Origin: an uncultured Rikenella sp.
GTDB lineage: Bacteria; Bacteroidota; Bacteroidia; Bacteroidales; Rikenellaceae
Length of the DNA stretch: 64,000 nt
NCBI GenBank assembly: GCA_947627885.1
Contig: CANQXP010000002.1
Span: forward strand, 8,889-72,888
Direction: 5' to 3'
Part shown: in pieces, positions 54,212 through 64,000 of the stretch
How the letters are laid out: the number at the start of each line of letters is the position of its first letter
Position numbering within the stretch: the stretch's first letter is position 1
Notes under the pieces: model-generated
What the model was told of the DNA's origin: nothing
Seen by the model: the letters and a program-made list of their open reading frames with translations, nothing else
Database searches by the model: none
Translations under genes and position numbers: made by a program

Positions 54212-55687
54212 ATGCAGATAAACAGAAAGATAGCGACCTTGGGCCTCGGTGCGGGTATCGCACTCTTGCTCGGCGGAACCCCTCCCTCATCCGCTCAGGG
54301 CTTAAGCTCTTCGCCCCCGCTGTCCGACAGCACGCGGGTATTGACCTTGCAGGAGGCCATCGAACTCAGCTACCGACAGAACCCGGCGCTGGAAGCCCAG
54401 CGCATTGCGCGCGAAGCGTCCGTCGACCGCCGCAAATCGGCCTGGGGCCTCCGGATGCCGCAACTGGGGGTGTCGGCGGCCTATACCTATATGTCGGAAG
54501 ACATTAAGGCATTCGACCTGAACGCTGAAAAGGACGCCGCGCTGCAATATATAGGGCAACTGCCGCTCCCCTTCCCCATTCCGCCGGAGATTATCCAGGC
54601 CGCCAAAGGGCTCGACCTGAGCCTGACCCTCCAAAAACAACAGTTCGCCGTGGTAGGGGCTTCGGTGGTCTTGCCTTTGTATATGGGCGGCAAGATCAAT
54701 GCGGCGGTCAACGCGGCCAAAATCGATATCGAAAAGAGCGACCAGAATGCACTCAAAGCGCAAACCGACCTCTTCGCGGAGGTCGTTGAACGCTATTACG
54801 GGCTTTCGCTGGCCCACCATGTCCTCCGGGTGCGGAAAGAGGTGACGGCCGGGATGCGCAAACATCTCGACGATGCGGAAAAGCTGGAGGCGAACGGCAT
54901 GATCGCTTCGACCGAAAAGCTCTATGCGGAGATGTTCCTCGCCAAGGCGGAAGGGGAGCAGACCGCGGCGGCCCTGCAGATCGGAACCGTCAACCGGGCG
55001 TTGGGCGCCTCGCTGAACCAGACAGCAGACTACCTGCCGATCACGGCCCTGTTCATCATCGACGAACTCAGGCCGCTCTCCTACTACCGGCAAAAGGTAA
55101 AGCAGAACAGCCCGATCCTCAAGCAAGTGGAGCTGACGCGGCGGCTGGCGCAGGAGGGGGTGCGGGCGGCGCGGGCCTCGTTCCTGCCCGAAGTGGCGGC
55201 CATGGGGGCGGTCAACGCCTGGGACTGGCAACTGACGGACATGGCGCCGCGCTGGGTGGTGGGCGCCGGGGTCAAGCTGCGCATCTTCGACGGCCTGAGC
55301 AGCGAATACAAACATGCGGCGGCCAAAAAGGATGTGCGGCAGGTGGAGGTGATGCAGGTCAAGGCGGAGAACGACCTGATGACGCTGACCGAAAAATTAT
55401 ACAACCAGCTGAAAAGCTCGACGGCGGAGGTGCACGCCCTGGGGGCGTCGGTGGCATTCGCGGAATCGTACCTGAACGCCAAACTCAAAGCGTTCAGCGA
55501 AGGGATGGCCCCTTCATCGGACGTGGTGGACGCGCGGCTGAACCTGGCCAAAGCCAAAGTCGAGCGACTGGCGGCGGCCTACACGTTCGACGTGACGCTG
55601 GCGCAGCTGCTGGCCCTGGCGGGCGAAACGGAAACGCTCGGCAGCTACATGCGCCAGCAGGATTTCCAGATCATAAGTAACGAATAA
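54212..55687 (+). CDS. TolC family protein
   Basis: Signal peptide, PLYMGGKI, outer-membrane efflux helical repeats; TACCTTTG promoter box at 54183-54190. Confidence 0.88.
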   Translation: MQINRKIATLGLGAGIALLLGGTPPSSAQGLSSSPPLSDSTRVLTLQEAIELSYRQNPALEAQRIAREASVDRRKSAWGLRMPQLGVSAAYTYMSEDIKAFDLNAEKDAALQYIGQLPLPFPIPPEIIQAAKGLDLSLTLQKQQFAVVGASVVLPLYMGGKINAAVNAAKIDIEKSDQNALKAQTDLFAEVVERYYGLSLAHHVLRVRKEVTAGMRKHLDDAEKLEANGMIASTEKLYAEMFLAKAEGEQTAAALQIGTVNRALGASLNQTADYLPITALFIIDELRPLSYYRQKVKQNSPILKQVELTRRLAQEGVRAARASFLPEVAAMGAVNAWDWQLTDMAPRWVVGAGVKLRIFDGLSSEYKHAAAKKDVRQVEVMQVKAENDLMTLTEKLYNQLKSSTAEVHALGASVAFAESYLNAKLKAFSEGMAPSSDVVDARLNLAKAKVERLAAAYTFDVTLAQLLALAGETETLGSYMRQQDFQIISNE

Positions 55688-55710
55688 CCACAAACACACC
55701 ACAGAGGACA

Positions 55711-56691
55711 ATGAAATCGAAAGTATATACCATTACGCTCATTATCATCGCGGTCATCACGGTGGTGGCCTTTATCGGCTGGTTCGTGCTCAAGCCCGCA
55801 CCTTACATCATGCAGGGCACGGTGGAGGCGACCAGCTACAAAGTATCGTCCAAAGTGCCCGGACGGGTGGACAGCCTGACCGTGAAACGGGGCGAGGCGG
55901 TGCGCAAAGGGCAATTCCTGTACGGCATCAGCTCGCCGGAGGTCTACGCCAAGCTGACGCAGGCCGAGGCGGCCAAATCGGCGGCGACGGCCATGCAGGA
56001 CAAGGTGGACGCCGGTGCGCGGAAACAACAGATCCGGCAGGCGTACGAGATGTGGCAGCAATCGCTGGCGGGGCTGGATTTGGCCCAAAAGACTTACGAC
56101 CGGGTCAAGAACCTATACGACCAAGGGGTCGTTCCGGCCCAGAAGCTGGACGAAGCGCAGGCCGCCCTCAAAGCGATGAAAACGACGGCGGCCGCGACCG
56201 AAGCGGGTTATAACATGGCCACGGAAGGAGCTCAATGGGAGGAAAAGGCGGCGGCCAAGGCGATGGTCGAGCAGGCCGGGGGCGCGGTGAGCGAGGTGGA
56301 ATCGTACGTGACGGAGACGCGGCAGTTCTCGCCGGTGGACGGCGAAGTGTCGAGCGTGGTGTCGGAGAACGGCGAGCTGGTGGGAACGGGCTATCCGGTG
56401 GTGACGGTCGTCGACCTATCGGACACGTGGGTGGTGTTCAACATCAAGGAGACGTTGCTGCCGAAGATCCGGATGGGGACGAAGTTCATGGGCTATTTTC
56501 CGGCGCTGGACAAGACTTACGAGCTGACGGTGGACTACATCGCGGCGGAGGCTTCGTATGCGACCTGGGCGGCGACGCGTACCAGCGGGGAGTTCGACGT
56601 GAAGACTTTCGAGGTGCACGCCCGTGCGGCGGGCCGGATCGACAATATCCGTCCGGGGATGACCGTGACGGTGGACTACAACAGTTTATAA
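55711..56691 (+). CDS. HlyD family adaptor
   Basis: VSSKVPGRV, SPVDGEV, RPGMTV. Confidence 0.9.
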   Translation: MKSKVYTITLIIIAVITVVAFIGWFVLKPAPYIMQGTVEATSYKVSSKVPGRVDSLTVKRGEAVRKGQFLYGISSPEVYAKLTQAEAAKSAATAMQDKVDAGARKQQIRQAYEMWQQSLAGLDLAQKTYDRVKNLYDQGVVPAQKLDEAQAALKAMKTTAAATEAGYNMATEGAQWEEKAAAKAMVEQAGGAVSEVESYVTETRQFSPVDGEVSSVVSENGELVGTGYPVVTVVDLSDTWVVFNIKETLLPKIRMGTKFMGYFPALDKTYELTVDYIAAEASYATWAATRTSGEFDVKTFEVHARAAGRIDNIRPGMTVTVDYNSL

Positions 56692-56884
56692 CGATTCGGT
56701 TAAATGTTAAGCGGTGCGCAGCATCGCCAGCTCGCCGGGAGCACCCGGCCCCGCGCGGGAGCGCAGTTGCCTCGAACTCCGCGCGCCACGCCTTAGGAGG
56801 GAAATTGTTTCGACAAGCCAAGGCTTGTCGAAACAAGATTTCCCAAGGCGCGCGAGCAAGAAAATGTCACTAAAAGGCTTCCAG

Positions 56885-56985
56885 GCCGGAGCCAGCGAGG
56901 GATGCTTGCAGCCCTTCGCCGGGGGTGGTTCCGGGCTGCGCGGTTCGCAACGCTCGCCGCCGGAAATCCAACAGTACAAATAACC
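56885..56985. repeat. GC-rich repeat core with right end, inside an operon
   Basis: GGCCGGAGCCAGCGAGG...CCTTCGCCGGGGGTGGTTCCGG...CAACAGTAC. Confidence 0.75.
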
Positions 56986-57003
56986 GAACGATTGACAACC
57001 GTA

Positions 57004-58176
57004 ATGGGACTATTCAGAGACAGCATAAAACGCGAGATCAGGCGGTTCGGACGAAGCCGGATGCTCGTCACCGCGGCCATTATCATACCCGTGACGATGA
57101 CCGTTCTGTACGTGTTGATGTTCTGGAAGGGAACCGTGCATAACCTGCCCGTGGCCGTGTTCGACGGCGACAAGACCGAACTGTCGCGGCAGTTGATCCG
57201 GATGGTCAATTCGACCCCTACGGCCCATGTAGCCGTCCACGTGGAGAGCATCGAGCAGGGACGGCAGTCCATGGTGCAGGGGCTGACCAATGCCCTGATC
57301 GTCATCCCGAAAGGGTTGCAGGCCGACGTGCTGGCCGGGAACGGGGGAGCGCAGGTCTCCGCCGAGGTCAGCGGGGCGAGGATCCTCAACTCCGGACTGC
57401 TTAAACGCGACATTACGACTGTTTTTCAAGCCTTCAACATCGGCGTGGAGACCCAGCTGCTCGGAGCCAAAGGGATTCCGGCGGCGAAAGGGTATGCCAT
57501 GGCCTACCCCATCGCATTCGAAAAACATGTGCTGTTCAACCCGTACGGCAGCTATGCCTATTACCTGCTGCCCGGGTTGCTGTTCCTCGCACTGGTCATC
57601 ACCGTGAGCGTGGTGACAGTCTATGTGGTGGGCAGCGAGCTGAAAAACGGCACGGCGGCCGCATGGGTGGCCACGGCGGGAGGCAGCATCACCCGTGCGC
57701 TGGCGGCCAAACTGGCTCCGTACGTCCTGCTCTTCACCCTCTTGTCCCTCTTTATGAACACCCTGCTCTACCGCTTCATGGGAATGCCGTTCCACGGGCA
57801 GGAGGCGATCATACTGGTGCTGGGCAACCTGTTCGTGATCCTCGCCTATATGGCTATCGGGGTGATCCTCGTGGCCGTGAGCGCCAATATGCGCTTCTCG
57901 CTCTCCGTGGCGGGGGGGCTGGCGACGGCGTCGCTCTCGTTCTGCGGCCTGACCTTTCCGGCTATCGGGATGTACCCGACGATCGCGGCGCTGGCGAAAC
58001 TCTTTCCGTTCACCTACTTTATCGACCTCTTTATCGAGCAGAGCCTGCGGGGCGCGCCACCGGCGCGGGCACTGGGCGATCTGGCGGCCATGGGCGTGTT
58101 CGTGCTGGTGATGGCGGCTTTGGTGCCGAGGCTCAAGAAGGTCGCGCTCGACCCGAAATACTACGGGAAGGACTAA
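57004..58176 (+). CDS. ABC-2 type permease
   Basis: PVAVFDGD...SRQLIR, LFNPYGSYAYYLLPG, TM bundle. Confidence 0.88.
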   Translation: MGLFRDSIKREIRRFGRSRMLVTAAIIIPVTMTVLYVLMFWKGTVHNLPVAVFDGDKTELSRQLIRMVNSTPTAHVAVHVESIEQGRQSMVQGLTNALIVIPKGLQADVLAGNGGAQVSAEVSGARILNSGLLKRDITTVFQAFNIGVETQLLGAKGIPAAKGYAMAYPIAFEKHVLFNPYGSYAYYLLPGLLFLALVITVSVVTVYVVGSELKNGTAAAWVATAGGSITRALAAKLAPYVLLFTLLSLFMNTLLYRFMGMPFHGQEAIILVLGNLFVILAYMAIGVILVAVSANMRFSLSVAGGLATASLSFCGLTFPAIGMYPTIAALAKLFPFTYFIDLFIEQSLRGAPPARALGDLAAMGVFVLVMAALVPRLKKVALDPKYYGKD

Positions 58177-58180
58177 AAGC

Positions 58181-59377
58181 ATGAAACGATTCTGGAAAAT
58201 AACGAAAACCGAGTTCATCTCCATCTTCAAGGACGGGGGCGCGATGCTGATCCTGTTCGGGGCGATGCTGATCTACGGCACGCTGTACCCGCTGATCTAC
58301 GCGCCGCAGGTGGTGCGGGAGTTCCCGGTGGCGGTGGTGGACTTGGACAATACGCCGCCGAGCCGGAAACTGGTGCGGATGCTGGACGCCACGCCGCAGG
58401 CGGACGTTCGGTACAGCGCACAAAGCCTGGACGAGGCCAAGGCGCTCTTCCTCGACCGTAAGATATACGGGGTGCTGTATATTCCGGAGGGTTACGAAAA
58501 ACGGATATTGGCCGGGGAGCAGAACCACGTGAGCCTGTACGCCGACGGAGGTTATTTCCTGCTTTACAGCGATTTTCTGGGAGCCGTGGGAGCCGTGGTC
58601 GGGACTGCGGGCGCGGAGGTTCAGGTCGGAACCCTGATGGCGGGCGGCCTGAACCGGCAGCAGGCCGAATGGACGGCGATGCCGGTGGCTTACGATGTGG
58701 ATATGCTTTACAATCCTTACGGGGGTTACGCCACGGCGATCCTGCCGCCCGTCCTGATCCTGATCGCACAGCAGCTCCTGCTGGTGGGGATCGGCATGGT
58801 GGGCGGAACGTGGTACGAGAAAGGGACGTGGCGCAAGTTCCGGGACTACTCGGCCACGCGGCTTACGTTCGCCAAGGCCACGGCTTATCTGTTCCTGTAC
58901 ATTCCGCTGATGCTCTATATCTTCAGCTTCCAGTACAAGTTTTTCGGCTACCCGATGAACGGGAACCATGTGGATCTGCTGCTGATATTCCTGCCTTACC
59001 TGCTGTCAGTCATTTTCCTGGGCCTGACGCTGGGGGCTTTGTTCCGCAAGCGGGAGACTTCGATGATGATGCTGATCGTGACGTCGGTCTTTTTCCTGAT
59101 CGTCAGCGGGATTTCGTGGCCGAAAGAGGGGATGCCGGAATGGATCTATGCCCTGGGGCGGATGGTGCCTTCGAGCAGCGGGATCGACGCTTTGGTGCGT
59201 ATCCGGACGATGGGGGGAAGCCTTTCGGACGTTGTGCCTGAGGCGGTTACCCTGTGGGCGCTGACCGGCGTTTACGGACTGACGGCGGTGCTGGCCACGC
59301 TGAGGCGGACGCGCGAACTTCAGGCGGCGGCTGAGAAAGCCCGCGAAGAGCGACGCAGGGAGATGGAAGAGCAGTAA
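58181..59377 (+). CDS. ABC-2 type permease
   Basis: PVAVVDLD, YNPYGGY, SGISWP. Confidence 0.88.
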   Translation: MKRFWKITKTEFISIFKDGGAMLILFGAMLIYGTLYPLIYAPQVVREFPVAVVDLDNTPPSRKLVRMLDATPQADVRYSAQSLDEAKALFLDRKIYGVLYIPEGYEKRILAGEQNHVSLYADGGYFLLYSDFLGAVGAVVGTAGAEVQVGTLMAGGLNRQQAEWTAMPVAYDVDMLYNPYGGYATAILPPVLILIAQQLLLVGIGMVGGTWYEKGTWRKFRDYSATRLTFAKATAYLFLYIPLMLYIFSFQYKFFGYPMNGNHVDLLLIFLPYLLSVIFLGLTLGALFRKRETSMMMLIVTSVFFLIVSGISWPKEGMPEWIYALGRMVPSSSGIDALVRIRTMGGSLSDVVPEAVTLWALTGVYGLTAVLATLRRTRELQAAAEKAREERRREMEEQ

Positions 59378-59417
59378 AACGATCGATTATTCGTGGCTAA
59401 TGGTTAATCTTTTGGCA

Positions 59418-59497
59418 CGGAGCCAGCGGGGGCAAACGATCATCGTGAGTGCAGCCCTCCGCCGGGGGTGGCTCCGGGCATGCCCGCTATCGCGGGA
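59418..59497. repeat. Partial GC-rich repeat core
   Basis: GGAGCCAGCGGGGG...GCCGGGGGTGGCTCCGG. Confidence 0.7.
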
Positions 59498-59519
59498 ACT
59501 TTATCAAAATCGATGATTA

Positions 59520-59780
59520 TTACGGCACCGGGTCATGTCCGTGGCCGCCCCACGGATGGCAGCGGATAATGCGCCGGAACGAAAGGTAAAAGCCCTTGAA
59601 CGGCCCGTACTTGCGAAACGCTTCCAAGGCGTACTGCGAACAGGTGGGGGTAAACCGGCAGGCATTGGGCAGAAAAGGCGATATGGCCAGCTGGTAGAAC
59701 CGGATCAGGCCGATAAAGGGCGCCGCGGCTACTCTGCGCCAGATGCTTCCGCGGGGTTTTGCTGGTTCCGGATTGTGCAT
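59520..59780 (-). CDS. yidD: Membrane protein insertion efficiency factor
   Basis: [31 protein letters not shown]. Confidence 0.93.
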   Translation of the reverse strand: MHNPEPAKPRGSIWRRVAAAPFIGLIRFYQLAISPFLPNACRFTPTCSQYALEAFRKYGPFKGFYLSFRRIIRCHPWGGHGHDPVP

Positions 59781-60184
59781 AACTTGTTCAAAATAGCGAC
59801 GACCGCTTTCTCGATCATACGGTAATCGAGCGGCTCCCCTTTGGCGACATAGGAAAAAGCGATATCGACCCCTATCCTGCCCTCCCCCTCTTCCGGAACC
59901 GTCAACAACTGTTTATGGAGCCTGTACGCCTCCCGCATCCTGCGTTTGAGCAAATTGCGGGCCACCGCCCGCTTGTGGTTCCGCTTGGGTACGATCACCA
60001 TCATCCGGTTCCGGGCGTCGTCCCCGCCCACAGGCCGGAAAAGGCAGGTACACTTGACCGGATAGACCAAAAACGCCTCTCCGTGCATGAAGAGGCGTCC
60101 TATTTCGTTCCGTTTGGCAAGCCGTTCGGCCTTGGGCAACGTGAAACGCCCCTTTTCCCTGAAATCGGCTTGCACATTCATCAT
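59729..60184 (-). CDS. rnpA: Ribonuclease P protein component
   Basis: [34 protein letters not shown]. Confidence 0.9.
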   Translation of the reverse strand: MMNVQADFREKGRFTLPKAERLAKRNEIGRLFMHGEAFLVYPVKCTCLFRPVGGDDARNRMMVIVPKRNHKRAVARNLLKRRMREAYRLHKQLLTVPEEGEGRIGVDIAFSYVAKGEPLDYRMIEKAVVAILNKLCTIRNQQNPAEASGAE

Positions 60185-60195
60185 ATTTAACCGTT

Positions 60196-61092
60196 TTATT
60201 TCGCCGCAGATGTCCGCCGACCGGTACCGCCACCCACGGATGCCTTGGCCGCCGCCGAAGCCGATTTGGCCTTAGCGGTTTTCCCCTTGCCAGCAACCGC
60301 CGGAACAACCGGTTCGGGCAATTCTTTAATGCCGAACTCTTCGACCGGCGCACCGCCATTGAGCGCTGCGATATATTTGTCGATCGCCATGGTCAGCGAG
60401 GGATATTTCGGGGTCGGGGCCATAATATCCACCGCCAACCCCGCGTTAAGCGCTTCGCGGGCCGTAGCGTTGCCCAACGTGGCCACGATCATCCCTTGCG
60501 GCAAAGCGGCGAAATTCTGGTGCAACGCCTTGATGTCCGCCGAACTGTAACAAGCCACCAGGTCGTACTTCTCGATGGCGATGTCCGACAGGTCGGCCGG
60601 TACGGTATGGGCCAAAATAATCTTGGTGAACTTCACGCCGGCCTTGGCCAACAGCTGCTGAATCTCCGGCTTGTGCGGGTCGGAGAGGGCCACCAGAAAC
60701 TTCTCGTCTTTGTGCTTGCCCACCACCTCCATCAGGTCGGAAAAGGTCGCCGTCCCGTAAAATATCTTGCGTTTGCGGTAAACGATGTATTTCTGGAGAT
60801 ACAAAGCGATCGCCTCGGTGACGCAAAAATATTTCATATCCTCCGGCACGGCGATCCTGCACTCTTCGCAGATCCGGAAAAAGTTGTCGATCGTCTTTCT
60901 GGAGGTAAAGATAACAGCCGTATGGGCCAGCACATCCACCCGCTGGGCGCGGAATTCCTTGACGGTAACCCCCTCCACGGTAATGAAGGGACGGAAATCG
61001 ATCTCGACTTTATGCCTGGAAGTAAGTTCCGAGAAAGGTGATTTGTCTGACGACGGGGCCGGCTGGGAGATAAGTATCTTTTTTACTTTCAA
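60196..61092 (-). CDS. Uroporphyrinogen-III synthase-like (HemD) protein
   Basis: TTG start, KKILISQP, FRPFI, AVIFTS, ALYLQKYI; typical Bacteroidota neighbour of rnpA. Confidence 0.8.
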   Translation of the reverse strand: MKVKKILISQPAPSSDKSPFSELTSRHKVEIDFRPFITVEGVTVKEFRAQRVDVLAHTAVIFTSRKTIDNFFRICEECRIAVPEDMKYFCVTEAIALYLQKYIVYRKRKIFYGTATFSDLMEVVGKHKDEKFLVALSDPHKPEIQQLLAKAGVKFTKIILAHTVPADLSDIAIEKYDLVACYSSADIKALHQNFAALPQGMIVATLGNATAREALNAGLAVDIMAPTPKYPSLTMAIDKYIAALNGGAPVEEFGIKELPEPVVPAVAGKGKTAKAKSASAAAKASVGGGTGRRTSAAK

Positions 61093-61106
61093 CGTATTCA
61101 CTATAA

Positions 61107-61964
61107 TTAATTGATCCCACTCTTCCGAATTGCCAGGGCGATAATGAAGCTCACCGGCAGGATTTCGACGGTGCAAAGGTACAAAAACCATTGCAATTTA
61201 GAAAACGACCTTATCCTAAAGTATTTATATAGAGAGATAAAGTGATAAGCGACCAATCCGGCCAACACGATCATACCCAATTCGAACAACCGTCCGCTGA
61301 CGCCGATGATCACAGCCAAAGGGGTGTAGAAGACTGCGATGAAAGCGATGTCGACCCGGTTGATGAAAGTGATCTGGCGAAACGCCTCCTTATCATCCGT
61401 GAGCCACTGCATCACGGCGAATGCCATCCGGCGGTAAACCACCACGCACAGGAACGCGGCCACCGCACCGAAGAACAGGTAATAACTCTCCACCCGGGGC
61501 AACTGGATCTCCAACCATGCCATGACCAGCGAAGCGCCGCCCAAGATAGCCAGGGCCATGCCGGTGCGCAGGAAATAGACGAAATCGGCACCCTGCCCCT
61601 CCATCAAAGTGAGCGTATCCTCCGTGTTGCCGATATTTTTCAGACAACTCATCATATCCCGGCGGAAACGATACAGGATGTAACAGTAAAAACAGATCAG
61701 TACCACCATGACCGCCGAGGTTTGCCAGGGCTCCGGCCCTTCATTGACCCGGTTGACCGGCCCGCGCGGTTCCATTTCGGCCGACACGGTCGATCCGGTG
61801 CCCCACACTTCCGACGCCGACATGGCCGGATGCAGCAGCCACGCCGTATCCGGCCGGACAACCATCGTTTCCGTATCCAGCCACGGGGTGGCTCTCCACG
61901 GGACATGGGCCGGAGCCGTATCCTGCGTCGACATCGGATCGTATAATATATAAGGCGCCTTCAT
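61107..61964 (-). CDS. DUF4271 membrane protein
   Basis: Multi-TM protein ending FLYLCTVEILP. Confidence 0.8.
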   Translation of the reverse strand: MKAPYILYDPMSTQDTAPAHVPWRATPWLDTETMVVRPDTAWLLHPAMSASEVWGTGSTVSAEMEPRGPVNRVNEGPEPWQTSAVMVVLICFYCYILYRFRRDMMSCLKNIGNTEDTLTLMEGQGADFVYFLRTGMALAILGGASLVMAWLEIQLPRVESYYLFFGAVAAFLCVVVYRRMAFAVMQWLTDDKEAFRQITFINRVDIAFIAVFYTPLAVIIGVSGRLFELGMIVLAGLVAYHFISLYKYFRIRSFSKLQWFLYLCTVEILPVSFIIALAIRKSGIN

Positions 61965-62029
61965 CCGGTCCGGTAGACTTGTTTAAGGAGGTGTATCCGT
62001 TGCAAAGGTAAGATTTCCCCGGCGAACGG

Positions 62030-62495
62030 CTGTGCAAAACCTGTGCACATTTTCATTTGCGGATATCCAACCTCCTGATTTGAAGCATCCGGAGTTTTCG
62101 CCTGTTTTGTGAATAGGCTGTGTGAAGATTTTCAAATTTTCCAGGGAAACCCTGTTGCAAATTCCGCGAAAAAAAACATATGAACTTTTTCCGTTCCGTT
62201 CCTATAAAAAGTTATTGTTTTCTGTAAACATCCGTCACACTCCCGAACGGCGGACTTACGGACAATTTTCCGGACTGTCCGGCTGTGGATAACTCATTCT
62301 ACGCGAATGTCGATATCATTATTCAATTCACAGGAAATCAAGTCAATGATAATTTTATAAATGTTTATGTTTATTCCATGAAATGTGGATAACAGACTAT
62401 ACAACTCTATTCGAAAGAATTTATCCACGTTATTCACAACGATTATTATTCTACTTTAATTTAAATCAACCTTATTTTTCTTTTATATTTAAATG
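62030..62495. other. Probable chromosomal replication origin (oriC)
   Basis: TGTGGATAA at 62284 and 62384; tandem TTATCCACG (62421) and TTATTCACA (62430); trio-like ATT ATT ATT CTA CTT; AT-rich tract. Confidence 0.75.
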
Positions 62496-62556
62496 AAATC
62501 GGCACTAGTGAACCGGTATTTTTTATCGGACAGTGCGTCGTAAACCAAAAAATGAC

Positions 62557-62564
62557 TAACTTTG
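62557..62564 (+). promoter_or_regulatory. -7 promoter box for rpsU
   Basis: TAACTTTG. Confidence 0.55.
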
Positions 62565-62776
62565 CGGTTCGAAACTCCCTGAGAGCAGGGGAATTGAAAG
62601 GAGGTTAAGTTTTTAAGATCTATCCGGGTTCGGATAAAGACCGGATTCGAACTGTCAGACGAAACGAAATGGACAATTACGGCAAGGGGGTTCCTTGCGG
62701 GTACCGTACCGCACCGGGAACGGATTGCAGTACCGGCTTCTTTCAATTATTCATGTAAAACTAAAAAAAGATTGTT

Positions 62777-62968
62777 ATGATAATCATGCCGATCAAAGAG
62801 GGCGAAAACATCGAACGCGCCCTGAAGAAATTCAAACGTAAGTACGAAAAGACGGGGGTCATCAAAGAGCTCCGCGCGCGCCAGTATTTTACCAAGCCGT
62901 CGGTCAAGAACCGCGTGCAGAAGCTGAAAGCTATCTACGTACAGGGTTTGCAGCGCGAAGAGGAGTAA
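62777..62968 (+). CDS. rpsU: 30S ribosomal protein bS21
   Basis: GENIERALKKFKRK, FTKPSV. Confidence 0.95.
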   Translation: MIIMPIKEGENIERALKKFKRKYEKTGVIKELRARQYFTKPSVKNRVQKLKAIYVQGLQREEE

Positions 62969-62984
62969 TTTTCCAGGTTCGCGA

Positions 62985-63030
62985 GAAAAAAAGAGGTGTT
63001 CCCATTATGAGGGAGCACCTCTTTTGTTTT
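62985..63030 (+). terminator. Terminator after rpsU
   Basis: AAAAGAGGTGTTCCC/GGGAGCACCTCTTTT. Confidence 0.7.
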
Positions 63031-63125
63031 CCGGAGCGAAAGGCGGCGGGTCTCGAAAAAAACGTTTTCGGTACGGCATTTGCGAAAAATGATTATCTTT
63101 AGGGGGTAAATTCGGAATACAAGGT

Positions 63126-64000
63126 TTGAGCGATATACGAAATATCGAGAAAGACAAAGAGTTCGACGAGCAGATCAGGCCCCAGGAGCTCGGCGCTTTC
63201 AGCGGGCAGGACAAGATCGTGGAGAACCTCTCCATCTTCATCAAGGCCGCCATTATGCGGGACGAAGCGCTGGATCACGTCTTGCTGCACGGGCCTCCGG
63301 GATTGGGGAAGACCACGCTGGCCAACATTATCACCAACGAACTGGGGGTGACCATGAAGGTGACTTCCGGACCGGTTTTGGACAAACCGGGGGATTTGGC
63401 AGGACTTTTGACCAACCTGGCGGAGGGAGACGTTCTTTTCATCGACGAGATACACCGGCTGTCGCCGATCGTGGAGGAGTACCTTTACTCCGCCATGGAG
63501 GATTACAAGATCGACATTATGCTCGACAAGGGGCCCAGTGCCAGGTCGGTGCAGATCAAGCTGAACCCGTTCACGCTGATCGGAGCCACCACCCGGTCGG
63601 GATTGCTGACCTCCCCGCTGCGGGCGAGGTTCGGGATACAGTGCCACCTGCAATACTACGACACCGCCACTTTGCAGGGCATTATCAAACGGTCGGCGGC
63701 GGTGCTGGGGATACCTATCGACGACCGGGCTGCGGGCGAGATCGCGGGCAGGTCGCGCGGGACGCCCCGTATTGCCAATGCCCTACTCCGGCGCGTGCGG
63801 GACTTCGCCATGGTGCAGGGAACCGGGAAGATCGAATTGGACATTACCCGGCGCGCCTTGGACGCCTTGGATATAGATACCCGCGGCCTGGACCAGATGG
63901 ACAACCGGATACTTTCGACCATCATCCACAAGTTCGGCGGGGGGCCGGTGGGATTGGGAACGATCGCCACGGCGGTGAGCGAAGATGCCGGGACGATCGA
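63126..64000 (+). CDS. ruvB: Holliday junction helicase RuvB (3' end beyond the window; absent from the ORF track)
   Basis: Manual translation from TTG: IRPQEL...[17 protein letters not shown]...LFIDEIHRL...GATTRSG...SRGTPRIAN. Confidence 0.95.
   Translation, partial: MSDIRNIEKDKEFDEQIRPQELGAFSGQDKIVENLSIFIKAAIMRDEALDHVLLHGPPGLGKTTLANIITNELGVTMKVTSGPVLDKPGDLAGLLTNLAEGDVLFIDEIHRLSPIVEEYLYSAMEDYKIDIMLDKGPSARSVQIKLNPFTLIGATTRSGLLTSPLRARFGIQCHLQYYDTATLQGIIKRSAAVLGIPIDDRAAGEIAGRSRGTPRIANALLRRVRDFAMVQGTGKIELDITRRALDALDIDTRGLDQMDNRILSTIIHKFGGGPVGLGTIATAVSEDAGTI

Overview
GC-rich Bacteroidales chromosomal segment; a Rikenellaceae-like origin (Rikenella/Alistipes) is my inference from gene content and TAnnTTTG promoters. 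It holds mostly core genes (lspA, HU, pdxH, thrBC, tsaE, porX, radC, trpB, rnhA, nrdJ, folB, glnS, dsbD, rdgB, recO, rlmN, tonB, yidD, rnpA, rpsU, partial ruvB), two tRNAs, a heavy-metal RND efflux operon, a TolC/HlyD/ABC-permease operon and a probable oriC near 62.0-62.5 kb. No transposase, integrase, reverse transcriptase or CRISPR array is visible. The notable signals are intergenic. (1) An orphan, start-less cassette of about 195 nt (44135-44329, minus strand) reads as the C-terminal variable region of a DGR-type (CLec/Fib_succ_major-like) protein, with no host gene or RT nearby. (2) About 16 copies of a modular hairpin repeat family share terminal inverted repeats and carry sequence-variable but pairing-conserved stems. 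(3) A His/Cys-rich leader protein ending in RAPP could pair with a terminator-like hairpin before the metal efflux genes. (4) An unannotated Thr-rich leader peptide lies upstream of thrBC. All calls are by eye; no searches or folding programs were run.
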